A stretch of 64,000 nucleotides of DNA, from IMG/VR virus record IMGVR_UViG_3300028887_000070, positions 1 to 64,000 of that record; one strand, written 5' to 3'. Both the position numbers and the translations under genes were made by a program. Below, piece by piece: positions 8,906 through 19,133 of the stretch. Position 1 is the stretch's first letter. Every line of letters begins with the position of its first letter. The DNA is from a virus. Taxonomy: Duplodnaviria > Caudoviricetes. The notes beneath the pieces are model-generated. The model made no database searches and was not told the DNA's origin. It saw only the letters and a list, made by a program, of their open reading frames with translations.

Positions 8906-11299
8906 ATGGCTTCAAACCAAAAGCAGCGTGAACGCAAAGTTGCTTCTGCTAATCGTAAAGCTAATCGTCTGGCGTCATTCGTCCAGACAAACATCGACAA
9001 GCTTTACCAAAGCATATACTATACACAGCCCTCTAACAAACACGACCTCGATACTATAAAGTCTAAGCTGGACGCTTCTATAGATGGTATAGTAAGTTCC
9101 AATAAGGCTCAGACTGGTCAGGGTAACTTAAGTGCTCTATACAACAGAGCCATGAGACAGCAGGTTAACAATCCAGAAGCTATCAAGATGAGAGACATGA
9201 ACAAGGATCTTGAGTCTCTCCTCAATGACACAAACATACTGGACACTGGCATACTTGGTTTCATGAACGATACTACTACTGTAGCTGACTATGATGCTAA
9301 GATAGATACTATCGTGAAGTATATGCCTAAACTGAAGGAAGCGTTAGATACTAGAAAGGACAATGTCCTTTCTGCTGACCACTTCAGTAAAGATTTCATC
9401 AATGTAACGAATACTACAGTTGCTGGTGTACAGGCATCGGTACAGGAGCATATCAAAGAGATCAAGGAGAGATACAACTTCATCGATATCGCTGGAGAGA
9501 TCTATGACAATGCTTCTAAGTATGGTGAGCAGTTCGTTTACATTGTACCAGCTAAGAAGGCTATAGCTAAACTTTTGGCTAACAAGAACAAGCCTAACAT
9601 CAGAGGCGACATTGACATTCATGAACATTGTATTATCTCTGAGTCTGGCGAGTTTAGCAAAGAGAAGTTCGAAGCTGATATGAAAAGCTATGACCTTAAG
9701 CAGGAAGACTTCGGAGATATAGATAAAGTAGAAATTGAGTTCAACTGTTCTGGTCTTCTCACCGAGACAGTAGAGAATGAGTACAGATACTATACTGAGA
9801 TTGGAGCAATCAACGAGATGGCTCTTAGCGATCCAGTAGGTCAGGTTATCAATGAAGCTACTGATAAGAAGATTACTGATCCTGAAGCAGACAGAATCAA
9901 GAACACTCCAGAGATCTCTAACTTCGATACTGGTAAGAAAGCTAAGTCTAACAATAAGACTAAGTTTGACGATACAGTAAAGGATGATCTTAAGTTCGAT
10001 AACTTCGACTACAGGGGCACTGAGGGACTCATAACTGGCCAGAAGCACTCTGATAAAGGAAACGTGGTTGATGTCCCAGGAAGCATCGTAAAACTCCTGG
10101 ATCGTGAACACATCATTCCTATCTACATCGAAACACACTGTTTCGGATACTACTATATCGAGACTGACTACAGATATGATCCTATGAGAGACTATGACAG
10201 AATGCAGGATCCTACTATGTCACTCAAGGGTTCTAACTCTATTCTCTCTACCAACTCTGTAACAGATGCTACAGGTAGACAGAACAACATCACTAGATTC
10301 CTTTCTTCTCAGATAGCTCAGTACATTGATGCAAACTTCGTCAATGCTAACCAGGATCTGAGAGATGAGATCTATATGATACTGAAGAACAATGACATGG
10401 AGAACAGTCATAGACTTAGTAAGGTAAAGGTTACATTCATACCTCCTGAGGATATGGAGCATGTCTACTTCAGAATGAACAAGAAGACTCATAGAGGTAT
10501 ATCAGATCTCCATGAGGCTCTCTTCCCTGCAACACTCTACTCTGCAATGTATATCACTAACTGTATCATGACAATGACTCGCTCTCAGGACAAGAGAGTG
10601 TACTATGTCAAGCAGAATGTAGATACAAACATCTCGAAGACTCTTCTGAATACTATCAACCAGATTAAGAAGGGTAACATGAACATTCGACAGATTGAGA
10701 ACATCAACCACATTCTCAATATCACTGGTAGATTCAATGACTACATCATTCCTAGAAACTCATCGGGTGAATCTCCTATAGACTTTGAAGTTATGCAAGG
10801 TCAACAGGTAGAGTTCAAGACAGAGTTGATGACAGTACTGGAAGAGATGGCAGTTAATTCTACAGATGTACCACTTGAGATGATTCAAATGAGACAGTCT
10901 GTTGAGTATGCTACACAGCTTACTATGACATCTAGTAAGTTCCTCAGAAAGGTATACAACCGTCAGGCTAAGTACCAGAAGAATCTTACTAGAATCTTCT
11001 CTAAACTCTACAAGAATGAGTATCAGGATGACGATGTTTGTCTTGAGGTTACTCTGCCACCGCCTATGTTCCTGAACATCACTAACACTAACCAGATGGT
11101 TACAAACGTTCAGGATTATGCAAACAGCATAGCTGAAATAGAACTGGCTGATGTAGATGATGATATGATCAAGCGCCTTGCTGTAAAGGCTCTAACTCTA
11201 CACTTCTTAGGATCGTATCTCGATCTCCCAGCAATAGAAGAGGTAATCACAAGAGCAAAGCAAGAAGCATCAAAGCTTAGAAACAAAGAAGAAGAGTAA
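8906..11299 (+). CDS. Portal protein
   Basis: T4 gp20-like segments TRSQDKRVYYV and DYIIPR; SD AAAGGAGG; late promoter. Confidence 0.75.
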   Translation: MASNQKQRERKVASANRKANRLASFVQTNIDKLYQSIYYTQPSNKHDLDTIKSKLDASIDGIVSSNKAQTGQGNLSALYNRAMRQQVNNPEAIKMRDMNKDLESLLNDTNILDTGILGFMNDTTTVADYDAKIDTIVKYMPKLKEALDTRKDNVLSADHFSKDFINVTNTTVAGVQASVQEHIKEIKERYNFIDIAGEIYDNASKYGEQFVYIVPAKKAIAKLLANKNKPNIRGDIDIHEHCIISESGEFSKEKFEADMKSYDLKQEDFGDIDKVEIEFNCSGLLTETVENEYRYYTEIGAINEMALSDPVGQVINEATDKKITDPEADRIKNTPEISNFDTGKKAKSNNKTKFDDTVKDDLKFDNFDYRGTEGLITGQKHSDKGNVVDVPGSIVKLLDREHIIPIYIETHCFGYYYIETDYRYDPMRDYDRMQDPTMSLKGSNSILSTNSVTDATGRQNNITRFLSSQIAQYIDANFVNANQDLRDEIYMILKNNDMENSHRLSKVKVTFIPPEDMEHVYFRMNKKTHRGISDLHEALFPATLYSAMYITNCIMTMTRSQDKRVYYVKQNVDTNISKTLLNTINQIKKGNMNIRQIENINHILNITGRFNDYIIPRNSSGESPIDFEVMQGQQVEFKTELMTVLEEMAVNSTDVPLEMIQMRQSVEYATQLTMTSSKFLRKVYNRQAKYQKNLTRIFSKLYKNEYQDDDVCLEVTLPPPMFLNITNTNQMVTNVQDYANSIAEIELADVDDDMIKRLAVKALTLHFLGSYLDLPAIEEVITRAKQEASKLRNKEEE

Positions 11300-11310
11300 A
11301 CGACAGAGAA

Positions 11311-11338
11311 TGCGGACTGGGAATAATCCCAGTCCGTA
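11311..11338. terminator. Bidirectional intrinsic terminator hairpin
   Basis: CGGACTGGGA-ATAA-TCCCAGTCCG between convergent portal and tube genes. Confidence 0.75.
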
Positions 11339-11375
11339 CCTCTTGTTGTATTTACTGCTAGTAGAGCTATTATAC

Positions 11376-12521
11376 TTACTGCTGGTTCTGAACGTTTGCA
11401 AACTTGTTGGAGATATGCTCTGCATCGCCGATTGCCTGAACCTGCTGTGAGTAGATTCCGTTGCTTCTTCCAAGACCATAGCTTGAAGCTGTTGTCTCGT
11501 CGAATGCGGAACCAACCTTGCCAACTTCGTTTGATCCTCTGTTCTTGAACGCATCTGTAACAACACCGTTAGTGTCAGTCCATGATGTAGCACCAACTGC
11601 ATAAGGATTGCTGTCGCTACCCTCTGTGTTGAAGCTTTCAGCATTGAGACCGAGATTCTCATTAACTCTCTTAAGAGCTTCGTATGTGAAGTTAGTAGAG
11701 TCAACGATGAGACGGCTACCAGTTGTGTTCTGAGGATTACGCATAGCAAGAAGCATTCTCTGAGCAGCGAGTGATACCTGATCGTTGTTGATGAAGAATC
11801 CGTTGAAGGACATTGAGAGTTCACCCCAACCGATTTCACCCTTCTCGCCGTCGTAGAGTGTGCTGAACTCAGCTGTTGTAGGCTGTGCAGCACAGATAAG
11901 GAATGCCTTCTCGATCTTAGTTACTGTGTTATCAGTAAGGAAGTACATGAAGCTGAATACCTCACGGTGTGGTCCAGGATCACGACCAGAAGGTGTGTCA
12001 GGACCAGTGCCGAATGTATACCAGTCAATAAGACCATGGTATGTCTTAGCCTGTGTATCCTTATCCTTGATACCTGTAAGATAAAGCTCGTTGAACTTTG
12101 TCATTACAGAACCAGAACGCTCATAGAATCTCATGGTGAACGTTGTAGAAGCACCCTGAGTTACTCTGTTGATGAGCTGAATAGATCTGATACCATTGCT
12201 GATTTCGCCGTTAGGTTCACCAGTGATGTTCTCGATATTATCGATACCCTTGAAGTCATGCTCCATGATGTGAACGTAGTTTCCTACGATGTTCTGCATC
12301 TCCTCACTGTTGAGAGCAAGGTCACGCATGAAGTCAGGGATGCTGATTACTACGAGCCAAGGATAGCCTTTCTCGTAGAGGTCGAACTGCTCGAGCTGTG
12401 AGAAGTCAGTAACACCTCTCATGAGGTTATACTCAAGAAGGTTACGAGGAGTCTTAAGGCCCTTGAAGACTTCCTGGCCAACACCAGTCGCAGTGGATTT
12501 AACGTTGTTATCTGCTGCCAT
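11376..12521 (-). CDS. Tail tube protein
   Basis: Directly downstream of the sheath gene; beta-rich tube-like pattern (FTMRFYE, ELSMSFNG). Confidence 0.65.
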   Translation of the reverse strand: MAADNNVKSTATGVGQEVFKGLKTPRNLLEYNLMRGVTDFSQLEQFDLYEKGYPWLVVISIPDFMRDLALNSEEMQNIVGNYVHIMEHDFKGIDNIENITGEPNGEISNGIRSIQLINRVTQGASTTFTMRFYERSGSVMTKFNELYLTGIKDKDTQAKTYHGLIDWYTFGTGPDTPSGRDPGPHREVFSFMYFLTDNTVTKIEKAFLICAAQPTTAEFSTLYDGEKGEIGWGELSMSFNGFFINNDQVSLAAQRMLLAMRNPQNTTGSRLIVDSTNFTYEALKRVNENLGLNAESFNTEGSDSNPYAVGATSWTDTNGVVTDAFKNRGSNEVGKVGSAFDETTASSYGLGRSNGIYSQQVQAIGDAEHISNKFANVQNQQ

Positions 12522-12538
12522 AATCTATTCCTCCCTTC

Positions 12539-15271
12539 TTATACTGTAGTCACATCGCTACTCAGTGTTGAGTAGTTAAGTGCTGTGATTGTGAAGATTT
12601 CAGCCTGTGCAAACGGTCTGAATACAACCTCGATAGCTGCATAGTAGATCTTGTTTGCTACAGAGTTCTCGTCCTGAACGTACTTGAATCTCAGAGCAGC
12701 GAACTTAGAACGGAATACCTTGAGGACTTCCTCTACTGAACGCTGGTAAGTAGACAGGTCGTTGTTATCGATGAACTTGTATCTTGAGGCAGGGCAAGCC
12801 TTTCTTATAGCCTGCATTACCTGATGAACAAGCATGATGTTGTTGATGTATGAGAAGTCTGAATCCTTAGGATTGAGTGTGAACTCTGTATCCATTGTGA
12901 AGATTCCGTTGTAGTATGAGCCGTAGTTAACCTTAAGGTCTGTCATCTGCTGCTTCTCATTAACGATTGTCTCATCATCTGAAGGATAAGTATCGCCAAT
13001 GTATGAACGTGATGTCATTGCAGAAGAAGGATAGATCTTAGGAATGTAGTTTACAGTACCCTCGATGAAGTCTGTAAAGATGATACCATAACCCTGACCA
13101 GCGAACGGACGGCCAACACCGTTGATGAAGTGCTTAACCATGAGTCTTGACAGAGCATATGTAGCTGTAACGGTGATCTGCTTATTTGAATAAGGATCAC
13201 GGATATCGCCGTAGATAGAAGTAACAGCACAGTTACGATCATGGATATAGAAGTTTGTTGCTTCCTCATCAGGTGGGAACTCGTTGTCATCGTCTACTAC
13301 ATTGATAAGGCGCTCAACGTCTTCATATGCCTTAACGTCTGTATTGAGGTCAAGGTAAACGAAGAAGTCGCCTCTGTATGCAGCAAGCTTCTGAATAGCG
13401 AGCTTAACCTTCTTATCGTAGTTAGCATCGAATACGCAGTTCGGGAACCATACGTCAAGATTGAAGATGTCTCTGTCGAACTGGCCGTCGAAGAACTTTC
13501 TGTACTGGTTCTGGTAAGAGAGATCCCATGAGTACTCCTGAACTGTAACAGTTACATCGTACTTATATGTACCAGTCTCTACACCATTCTGAACCTTAGT
13601 AACTACAGCTGATACATAGATGTATCCGCCACCAGTAGTAGCAACCTTGAGCTTTGTAGCAGATGAATGATCATCACCTGTCTCAAAGTCTGCACCGCTG
13701 AAGTTGATACCAAGCTCAGGGATAAGCTTCAGAAGATTGATAGCAGCAGTACACTTTGTATGTGTTTCAGCTGTTTCTCCTGCAACCATGAATCCGACGT
13801 TAGCTGTAGTACCAGCAGCTAATGTAGTGATAGCCTGTGGTGATGTGGCGGTATCGTATACTGGAGGTACATCGCCTACGTTAGCCTTAACAGTTACAGT
13901 AGTTGTGTATACATTGTTATCGATTACACCATCGCTACCATAACGAAGATTCTCAAAGATATTCTGCTTTGAGCGTGTCTTGTAGTTATAGTAGTAGTAT
14001 GTGATATTATTATCGCCGCTGTCAAGGTTATTAGCACTTGAGTTAGCAAGGCTGTAGAGGTCTGCTGTAGCGCCTCTTGCGATGCGGTTATCGACGAGTG
14101 TATTACCAGACAGATCGTGATCGAAGAGACAGTCTGCATCGTCAAAGAGATACTCATTTGTGATGCTGAGCTCATCGTTGATTATCTGCATAAGCTTATC
14201 ATAAGCATCGTAGTAGTACTTAACCTTGATCTGATCAGACTTCAGGTTAACAGCTGACTCGATATCAAATGTGTAGCCTGTGTTTGTGTTTCTTGAGTAA
14301 GGATTTACAGTGAATGCATATGTCTCAAGTGTTCTTCCTGTTACAGAATCAGCAACCTTGAGTGTATATACTGCCTTACCGATAGACTTAGATGTGTTAA
14401 TATCGAAAACGATAGCATAGTTCTTCAGAGAAGCACCACGACCGTTATCGAAGATCGAGAAGAGCGGGAAGAAATACTCACCGCCGTTAGCAGCAGCATA
14501 AACAGTTGAAAGGAACTTAGCCTGAACTTTAGCTTTCTTTTCATCTGTATCAGCTGATGTATAGTCAGGATCTTCTGCTGAACCACCAGGTGCAGTGAAC
14601 TCAACCTCATTGGAGTTACCATTGAGGATTGAACCAGCAGCATACACATCACCAGTCCATGTACCGTTATCAAGAGGGATGTTCTCTGTAGATGTGCCGC
14701 TGGTGTATACACCAACGAGACCAGTGTTCATTGCGAGAGTTTCCTTCATCTCAATCTCACTAGAAATAGTATCCTTATGAGTCTTGTACATGAACTTGCT
14801 CTCTACAAATGAAGAGTCGCCAGGTGTGTTAGCATTGTCTTTTATAGATACAACTACAGGACGAAGAACATACTTTGCAGTAGTTCCGAATGTAGCAGCA
14901 TCGATGTATCCGTCTTCATTCTTAGTGAATGTAACGTCTACCTGCTTTGAAAGTACAACGCCGACTGTAGCGTTGCCAAGCATAGCGGAGTCAAGAACAG
15001 CTCTCTTTGAGATAAGTCTCGCTCCTTCATTGATGTCCATGGAAGCCTGGAGAAGAGGCTGCTTATATGTGTTGAACTTGATCTTGTCCTGTGAACCGTA
15101 GAGGTTATAGAAACGCTGACCATCAACAAGAAGCATATCTTCTGGTCCCTTAGGTGCTCTGAAAGTAGTCATATAGACAGGTGCTGAGTTGCTGACTTGC
15201 TGAATCGGCACTGCAGCACTAGCATCAGAATGATCTCTCAGGACAAATTGTGTGCCAGGATATCTTGCCAT
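12539..15271 (-). CDS. Contractile tail sheath protein
   Basis: N-terminal YPGT and APKGPE; C-terminal sheath domain (SYINN, IEVVFRPFAQAEIFTI); 910 aa. Confidence 0.85.
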   Translation of the reverse strand: MARYPGTQFVLRDHSDASAAVPIQQVSNSAPVYMTTFRAPKGPEDMLLVDGQRFYNLYGSQDKIKFNTYKQPLLQASMDINEGARLISKRAVLDSAMLGNATVGVVLSKQVDVTFTKNEDGYIDAATFGTTAKYVLRPVVVSIKDNANTPGDSSFVESKFMYKTHKDTISSEIEMKETLAMNTGLVGVYTSGTSTENIPLDNGTWTGDVYAAGSILNGNSNEVEFTAPGGSAEDPDYTSADTDEKKAKVQAKFLSTVYAAANGGEYFFPLFSIFDNGRGASLKNYAIVFDINTSKSIGKAVYTLKVADSVTGRTLETYAFTVNPYSRNTNTGYTFDIESAVNLKSDQIKVKYYYDAYDKLMQIINDELSITNEYLFDDADCLFDHDLSGNTLVDNRIARGATADLYSLANSSANNLDSGDNNITYYYYNYKTRSKQNIFENLRYGSDGVIDNNVYTTTVTVKANVGDVPPVYDTATSPQAITTLAAGTTANVGFMVAGETAETHTKCTAAINLLKLIPELGINFSGADFETGDDHSSATKLKVATTGGGYIYVSAVVTKVQNGVETGTYKYDVTVTVQEYSWDLSYQNQYRKFFDGQFDRDIFNLDVWFPNCVFDANYDKKVKLAIQKLAAYRGDFFVYLDLNTDVKAYEDVERLINVVDDDNEFPPDEEATNFYIHDRNCAVTSIYGDIRDPYSNKQITVTATYALSRLMVKHFINGVGRPFAGQGYGIIFTDFIEGTVNYIPKIYPSSAMTSRSYIGDTYPSDDETIVNEKQQMTDLKVNYGSYYNGIFTMDTEFTLNPKDSDFSYINNIMLVHQVMQAIRKACPASRYKFIDNNDLSTYQRSVEEVLKVFRSKFAALRFKYVQDENSVANKIYYAAIEVVFRPFAQAEIFTITALNYSTLSSDVTTV

Positions 15272-15341
15272 TAGTTATTCCTCCTTTATAGATTTATAGT
15301 AAGATAAGGATTGTCTAATCTAATCTAAGCAATTAGATCTT

Positions 15342-15353
15342 TATACTGATGTT
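15342..15353 (-). promoter_or_regulatory. Late promoter (sheath-tube)
   Basis: AACA-TCAGTA-TA. Confidence 0.75.
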
Positions 15354-15374
15354 AGATCGAGCCAGCTTCGTTGA

Positions 15375-16097
15375 TTAGTCCATCATGATCTTCTCAAGTG
15401 GCGATTCACCGTTGTTGTTGACCACCATGGATGATACTAAAGCCTTGTCCCAAGTCTCTGAAGTAAATGCTGTGAATGGTGAGACTTCACGAGGAATGTC
15501 TCGTATGTTTACCATACGGTATTCATTCATGTCTCTTGAGCCAGAGAGTCTGAAAGGAACTGAAGAGTCTTCTGCTGATCTAGCACACTCAGAGACTACT
15601 ATACCAATGAGCTGAAGAGATACATCATAGCTGTTCTCTGTAAGCTCAATGTTTCTGAGGAAGTATTCTTGAAGCTGATCGTAGGGTATAGTGTTAGGTA
15701 TGTTTCCATACTGTAAAGCTCTATACCAAGTATCAAGATTTCCGCCATCTACGACTACTTCAGAGGACACTACTATCATAGCATCCTTGTTATACTTGAG
15801 AAGACGATAGTCTTGTACATCAGTATTCTTAGTAAGCTTCAATCCTTTTACTATTTCAATGTCATCAGGTTTAGTGACAAACATTGCTGGGAAGTTGAAG
15901 TTGTGCAAGCCAGATGTCGGCTTGCCGTCTTTGTTTAGAATAGCATAAGTGCATATACCGAACAATGAGATGTACTCACCATTGAAGATAGCAAGCTTAG
16001 TGTCAAAGAACTTCTCAGGAACATAGAACACAAACGTCCCCTCGGAGTTGAATGCATAGCCACCATCCTTCTCTTTGATGAAGTTAGGCATTGCCAT
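15375..16097 (-). CDS. Probable RNA polymerase beta' C-terminal-most fragment
   Basis: LQEYFLRNIE...VSLQLIGIVVSECAR and SPFTAFTSETWDKALVSS...SPLEKIM echo the conserved RpoC C-terminal blocks. Confidence 0.5.
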   Translation of the reverse strand: MAMPNFIKEKDGGYAFNSEGTFVFYVPEKFFDTKLAIFNGEYISLFGICTYAILNKDGKPTSGLHNFNFPAMFVTKPDDIEIVKGLKLTKNTDVQDYRLLKYNKDAMIVVSSEVVVDGGNLDTWYRALQYGNIPNTIPYDQLQEYFLRNIELTENSYDVSLQLIGIVVSECARSAEDSSVPFRLSGSRDMNEYRMVNIRDIPREVSPFTAFTSETWDKALVSSMVVNNNGESPLEKIMMD

Positions 16098-16114
16098 AGG
16101 TATCACTCTCCTTT

Positions 16115-16126
16115 TAATAGATGGTT
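16115..16126 (-). promoter_or_regulatory. Late-type promoter, AACC variant
   Basis: AACC-ATCTAT-TA. Confidence 0.55.
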
Positions 16127-16130
16127 TGGC

Positions 16131-16140
16131 TATATATTAT
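16131..16140 (+). promoter_or_regulatory. Early promoter
   Basis: TATATATTAT. Confidence 0.65.
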
Positions 16141-16208
16141 ATATGTAGTACATGTGTACCTGACCACTTACACTATATTAACAGGTCGGGATGAAAGGAG
16201 GAGTACAC

Positions 16209-16259
16209 ATGGCATATAGACTATGGCTCTACAAGAAAGGAGGAATGAGCTATGAATGA
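16209..16259 (+). CDS. Putative 16-aa leader peptide MAYRLWLYKKGGMSYE
   Basis: Strong SD GAAAGGAGG at good spacing; start codon sequestered in a stem; stop lies just inside the next gene. Confidence 0.35.
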   Translation: MAYRLWLYKKGGMSYE

Positions 16260-16905
16260 AGAAAAGAACAAACGCAAAGTACATTATGACAGTATTGATC
16301 CTGAACTATTCAGCGATCTAAAGAAAGATTATAAGAAGTATAAAGTCACTCCAGAAGCTATTGAAAACGCGAAACGTATGGCTACTCTCATAGGAGATAG
16401 TTTTGTCGTTCGCATCGACAAGGATACTTATCTTAGGGCTTTACTTGGTTCTATGTATAGAGAACTGAACGAGCCATCACCTATGGATCGAATGTATATG
16501 TATAAGGTACCATGTGTAGATGAGTCTGCTGTGGAAGATCCCACTAAATTTGGTATGGTTATACATCGTGATGGTATAGACTTAAACCTTAGAGGTATGC
16601 GAGCTTGTAGCATGTCGATAGATCTGTTCAATCACGAGATACCAGATCCACCAGAGAGAGACATCGTATCCATTATCAAGTCAGTAGACTATGACAGAAT
16701 AGAGAAGCTACTGACTACAAGACGCCATACACATTACTTATTTGATTCTTCGATACTTAGGTATCTTGAAGAGAAGGGGGATACTAATGTTACTTATATT
16801 AGCAAGATTAACGGTATCAGTGGCATATCCAGTCACTCTGACATGTATGCTGCTAACAATCATAAAATTGTTCCAACTACTAGACGTCGCCATAGACATC
16901 GTTAA
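16252..16905 (+). CDS. Hypothetical early protein
   Basis: SD AAAGGAGG. Confidence 0.7.
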   Translation: MNEEKNKRKVHYDSIDPELFSDLKKDYKKYKVTPEAIENAKRMATLIGDSFVVRIDKDTYLRALLGSMYRELNEPSPMDRMYMYKVPCVDESAVEDPTKFGMVIHRDGIDLNLRGMRACSMSIDLFNHEIPDPPERDIVSIIKSVDYDRIEKLLTTRRHTHYLFDSSILRYLEEKGDTNVTYISKINGISGISSHSDMYAANNHKIVPTTRRRHRHR

Positions 16906-17113
16906 CAAATCAGTTCCAAGAAAGGTTAGTGCTAAGAGGGCCAAGAAGATCTTCTGTCATCTGAAGAACATACTCATCGTTATGCTTTTCATGGCATGTT
17001 TGACTCTGGCAGCAGCCATAGACCTTAGAGCAGCAGGGGAAGAGATTGATCTTATGAATAAGACTTACATAATACAAACTGTAGGAGGAGGGCTTAGACA
17101 TGACTGTATCTGA
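16787..17113 (+). CDS. Small membrane protein with two hydrophobic segments
   Basis: SD AAGGGGG before ATG 16787; hydrophobic helices; overlaps neighbours. Confidence 0.5.
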   Translation: MLLILARLTVSVAYPVTLTCMLLTIIKLFQLLDVAIDIVNKSVPRKVSAKRAKKIFCHLKNILIVMLFMACLTLAAAIDLRAAGEEIDLMNKTYIIQTVGGGLRHDCI

Positions 17114-17558
17114 GTTCTGTAAAGCGATTCGCTATAACAACCTGTTGGAGACAGAATCAACAAAAGAGCTGGCTGAACAGCTCAAAAGCAACCTCATAGG
17201 TAACTATACCAGAGGTAGAATGGCTACACCATATGTGATTGAGTCACAACTCCCAGAAGATGGATGTGTTATTCTCTTCAGAGGAGCTCGTTTTCTTCTT
17301 GACTATAGAGCAAACGATGTGTATGTAGTGAAGAATGTACTTGCTGTGCCATTCGGAGACTACATGAGAAAAATGAAACCTTATGTAGAAGACGACCTTC
17401 TGCCTAATCAGATGGAAGACTATCTACTTGGTCATATCAACAAGTTCACAGGAGGACCAGACGAAGAGTATGCTAAGAAGGCTGGTGTGGAGTACGACTA
17501 TGTCTTCCAGTCATACAATAAACTTAAGATGGTCTGGTATAAGAAAGAGGAGGAATAA
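17100..17558 (+). CDS. Hypothetical protein
   Basis: SD AGGAGG; operon. Confidence 0.75.
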   Translation: MTVSEFCKAIRYNNLLETESTKELAEQLKSNLIGNYTRGRMATPYVIESQLPEDGCVILFRGARFLLDYRANDVYVVKNVLAVPFGDYMRKMKPYVEDDLLPNQMEDYLLGHINKFTGGPDEEYAKKAGVEYDYVFQSYNKLKMVWYKKEEE

Positions 17559-17561
17559 GCA

Positions 17562-18434
17562 ATGCTTAGAGAACGTAAAAGAGATGGATTGAAATCGACA
17601 ATCACTTTTGATCACTACACAATCACTTTTGATGAGTTACATGTATTAGAGACACTTTCGATAAGTGATATAGAGAAGACTGAAGAGCTGATGTATGACA
17701 GCGACATAGTAGACTACATGATAGAAGCTGTATCTAAGACAGTAGTTAGAAAGTTTATAGTTTTCTTCACTAAGACTTCTGAAAGAGTCTTCATAGACTG
17801 CAACGATATAAACAACTGTCACTACATCAAGCCAGACGATAATGGCGACATCATATTGAACCTTGCGTCGGGCCTTGCCTTTGAACGCAGGTATTCAATA
17901 GACTACGACAAGGAGAAAGAAGAAATGAGCAGTTTATACGTAGATAACAATGAGAATGAACCAGAGTTCATTAAGAAAGAGGTATTCATCATCATGAATG
18001 ATAGAATCCTCATGTATCACCTTCCATTCATGGGTAAGGTGGTAGAGTACATGCTCAATGATGACGCATCATCCGATCAGATTCATATTTGTGTGGATTA
18101 TGCACGCATCAAAGGATCTATTCTTCAGCAGACATATGAAGGCCTGTCACTTGACGACAAGCCACTTCCTGTAAAGTCTGCTAATGAATGTGAACTCATA
18201 GCTGAGCTTGATCATGTAGCATATGACTATATGAATCAGGTAGTTGTTAAGGGTTCTGATGGGGCTGAAATCTATATAGATACATACGGACAGAATGCAT
18301 CGTTCGTTAACGATCCTGACACAAGAAACTCTTACTACATCAAGCTGAACGATATAGTCAGCAGAGAAATCAAAGACTTTAAGGTTGGAGACAGTTTCGA
18401 CCACAACCGCTTCATCTATCAGACAGCAAACTAA
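17562..18434 (+). CDS. Hypothetical protein
   Basis: SD GAGGAGG; operon. Confidence 0.75.
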   Translation: MLRERKRDGLKSTITFDHYTITFDELHVLETLSISDIEKTEELMYDSDIVDYMIEAVSKTVVRKFIVFFTKTSERVFIDCNDINNCHYIKPDDNGDIILNLASGLAFERRYSIDYDKEKEEMSSLYVDNNENEPEFIKKEVFIIMNDRILMYHLPFMGKVVEYMLNDDASSDQIHICVDYARIKGSILQQTYEGLSLDDKPLPVKSANECELIAELDHVAYDYMNQVVVKGSDGAEIYIDTYGQNASFVNDPDTRNSYYIKLNDIVSREIKDFKVGDSFDHNRFIYQTAN

Positions 18435-18455
18435 ATGAAGAGGAGGTAATGTGAT

Positions 18456-19133
18456 ATGTACGCAGTAATAACGAACAGTAAGAAGTTCGGAAAAATGATA
18501 GTACAGTGGAATCCCTACTATACACCGTATAGTATGGTGATCCACAAAGTACCAAAAGACACACCACCACCAACTTACGATTACTTCTTTCATCAAGAAG
18601 AACTCGACACATTCTATAAGCTCTTTATAGAAGACAACCAGGTCAATTACAAGATCATAAACAACAACCTTAATGGAGTCACAAATGATACTCACTGTAT
18701 AGGATGCGAGTTCTCTCTTCTCGAAACTAATGAAAGATATTATGTAGACTTTGTTAACAAGACAATCAGAAACCTGACTGAAGAAGAGGAGAAGAAGGCT
18801 AAAGAGAAGGAGCTTGAGGAAGAATACTCAATGACTAAAGAAGAGAAGGTCGTTAGAATCGGCAAGGTTAACTATGCTGCGAGTGATAATGACTTTGACA
18901 TCTATGATGATGGAGTAACTACTCTTGTCATAGACTGGGTCAATCATAAGTGGTATCAGGTAGATCAGAGCTACTTCATTCCTTGGTCAGAGGATGAAGA
19001 AGTTGATGAGGCTATCCTTGAAGAGAAGTTTTTCAAAGAATCGACGATGATGACTTATGACTATCGTCAGAAGGTCACTGGAGGATACTACTTCGTTACC
19101 GTGAAGAAGGATGTGCCTAATGAAGAAGGATGA
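18456..19133 (+). CDS. Hypothetical protein
   Basis: SD GAGGAGG; operon. Confidence 0.75.
   Translation: MYAVITNSKKFGKMIVQWNPYYTPYSMVIHKVPKDTPPPTYDYFFHQEELDTFYKLFIEDNQVNYKIINNNLNGVTNDTHCIGCEFSLLETNERYYVDFVNKTIRNLTEEEEKKAKEKELEEEYSMTKEEKVVRIGKVNYAASDNDFDIYDDGVTTLVIDWVNHKWYQVDQSYFIPWSEDEEVDEAILEEKFFKESTMMTYDYRQKVTGGYYFVTVKKDVPNEEG

Noticed and set aside
17598-17633. 15-nt direct repeat ACAATCACTTTTGAT twice
   Set aside because: Simple in-frame duplication (TITFD twice) inside a hypothetical gene, with no further copies seen.
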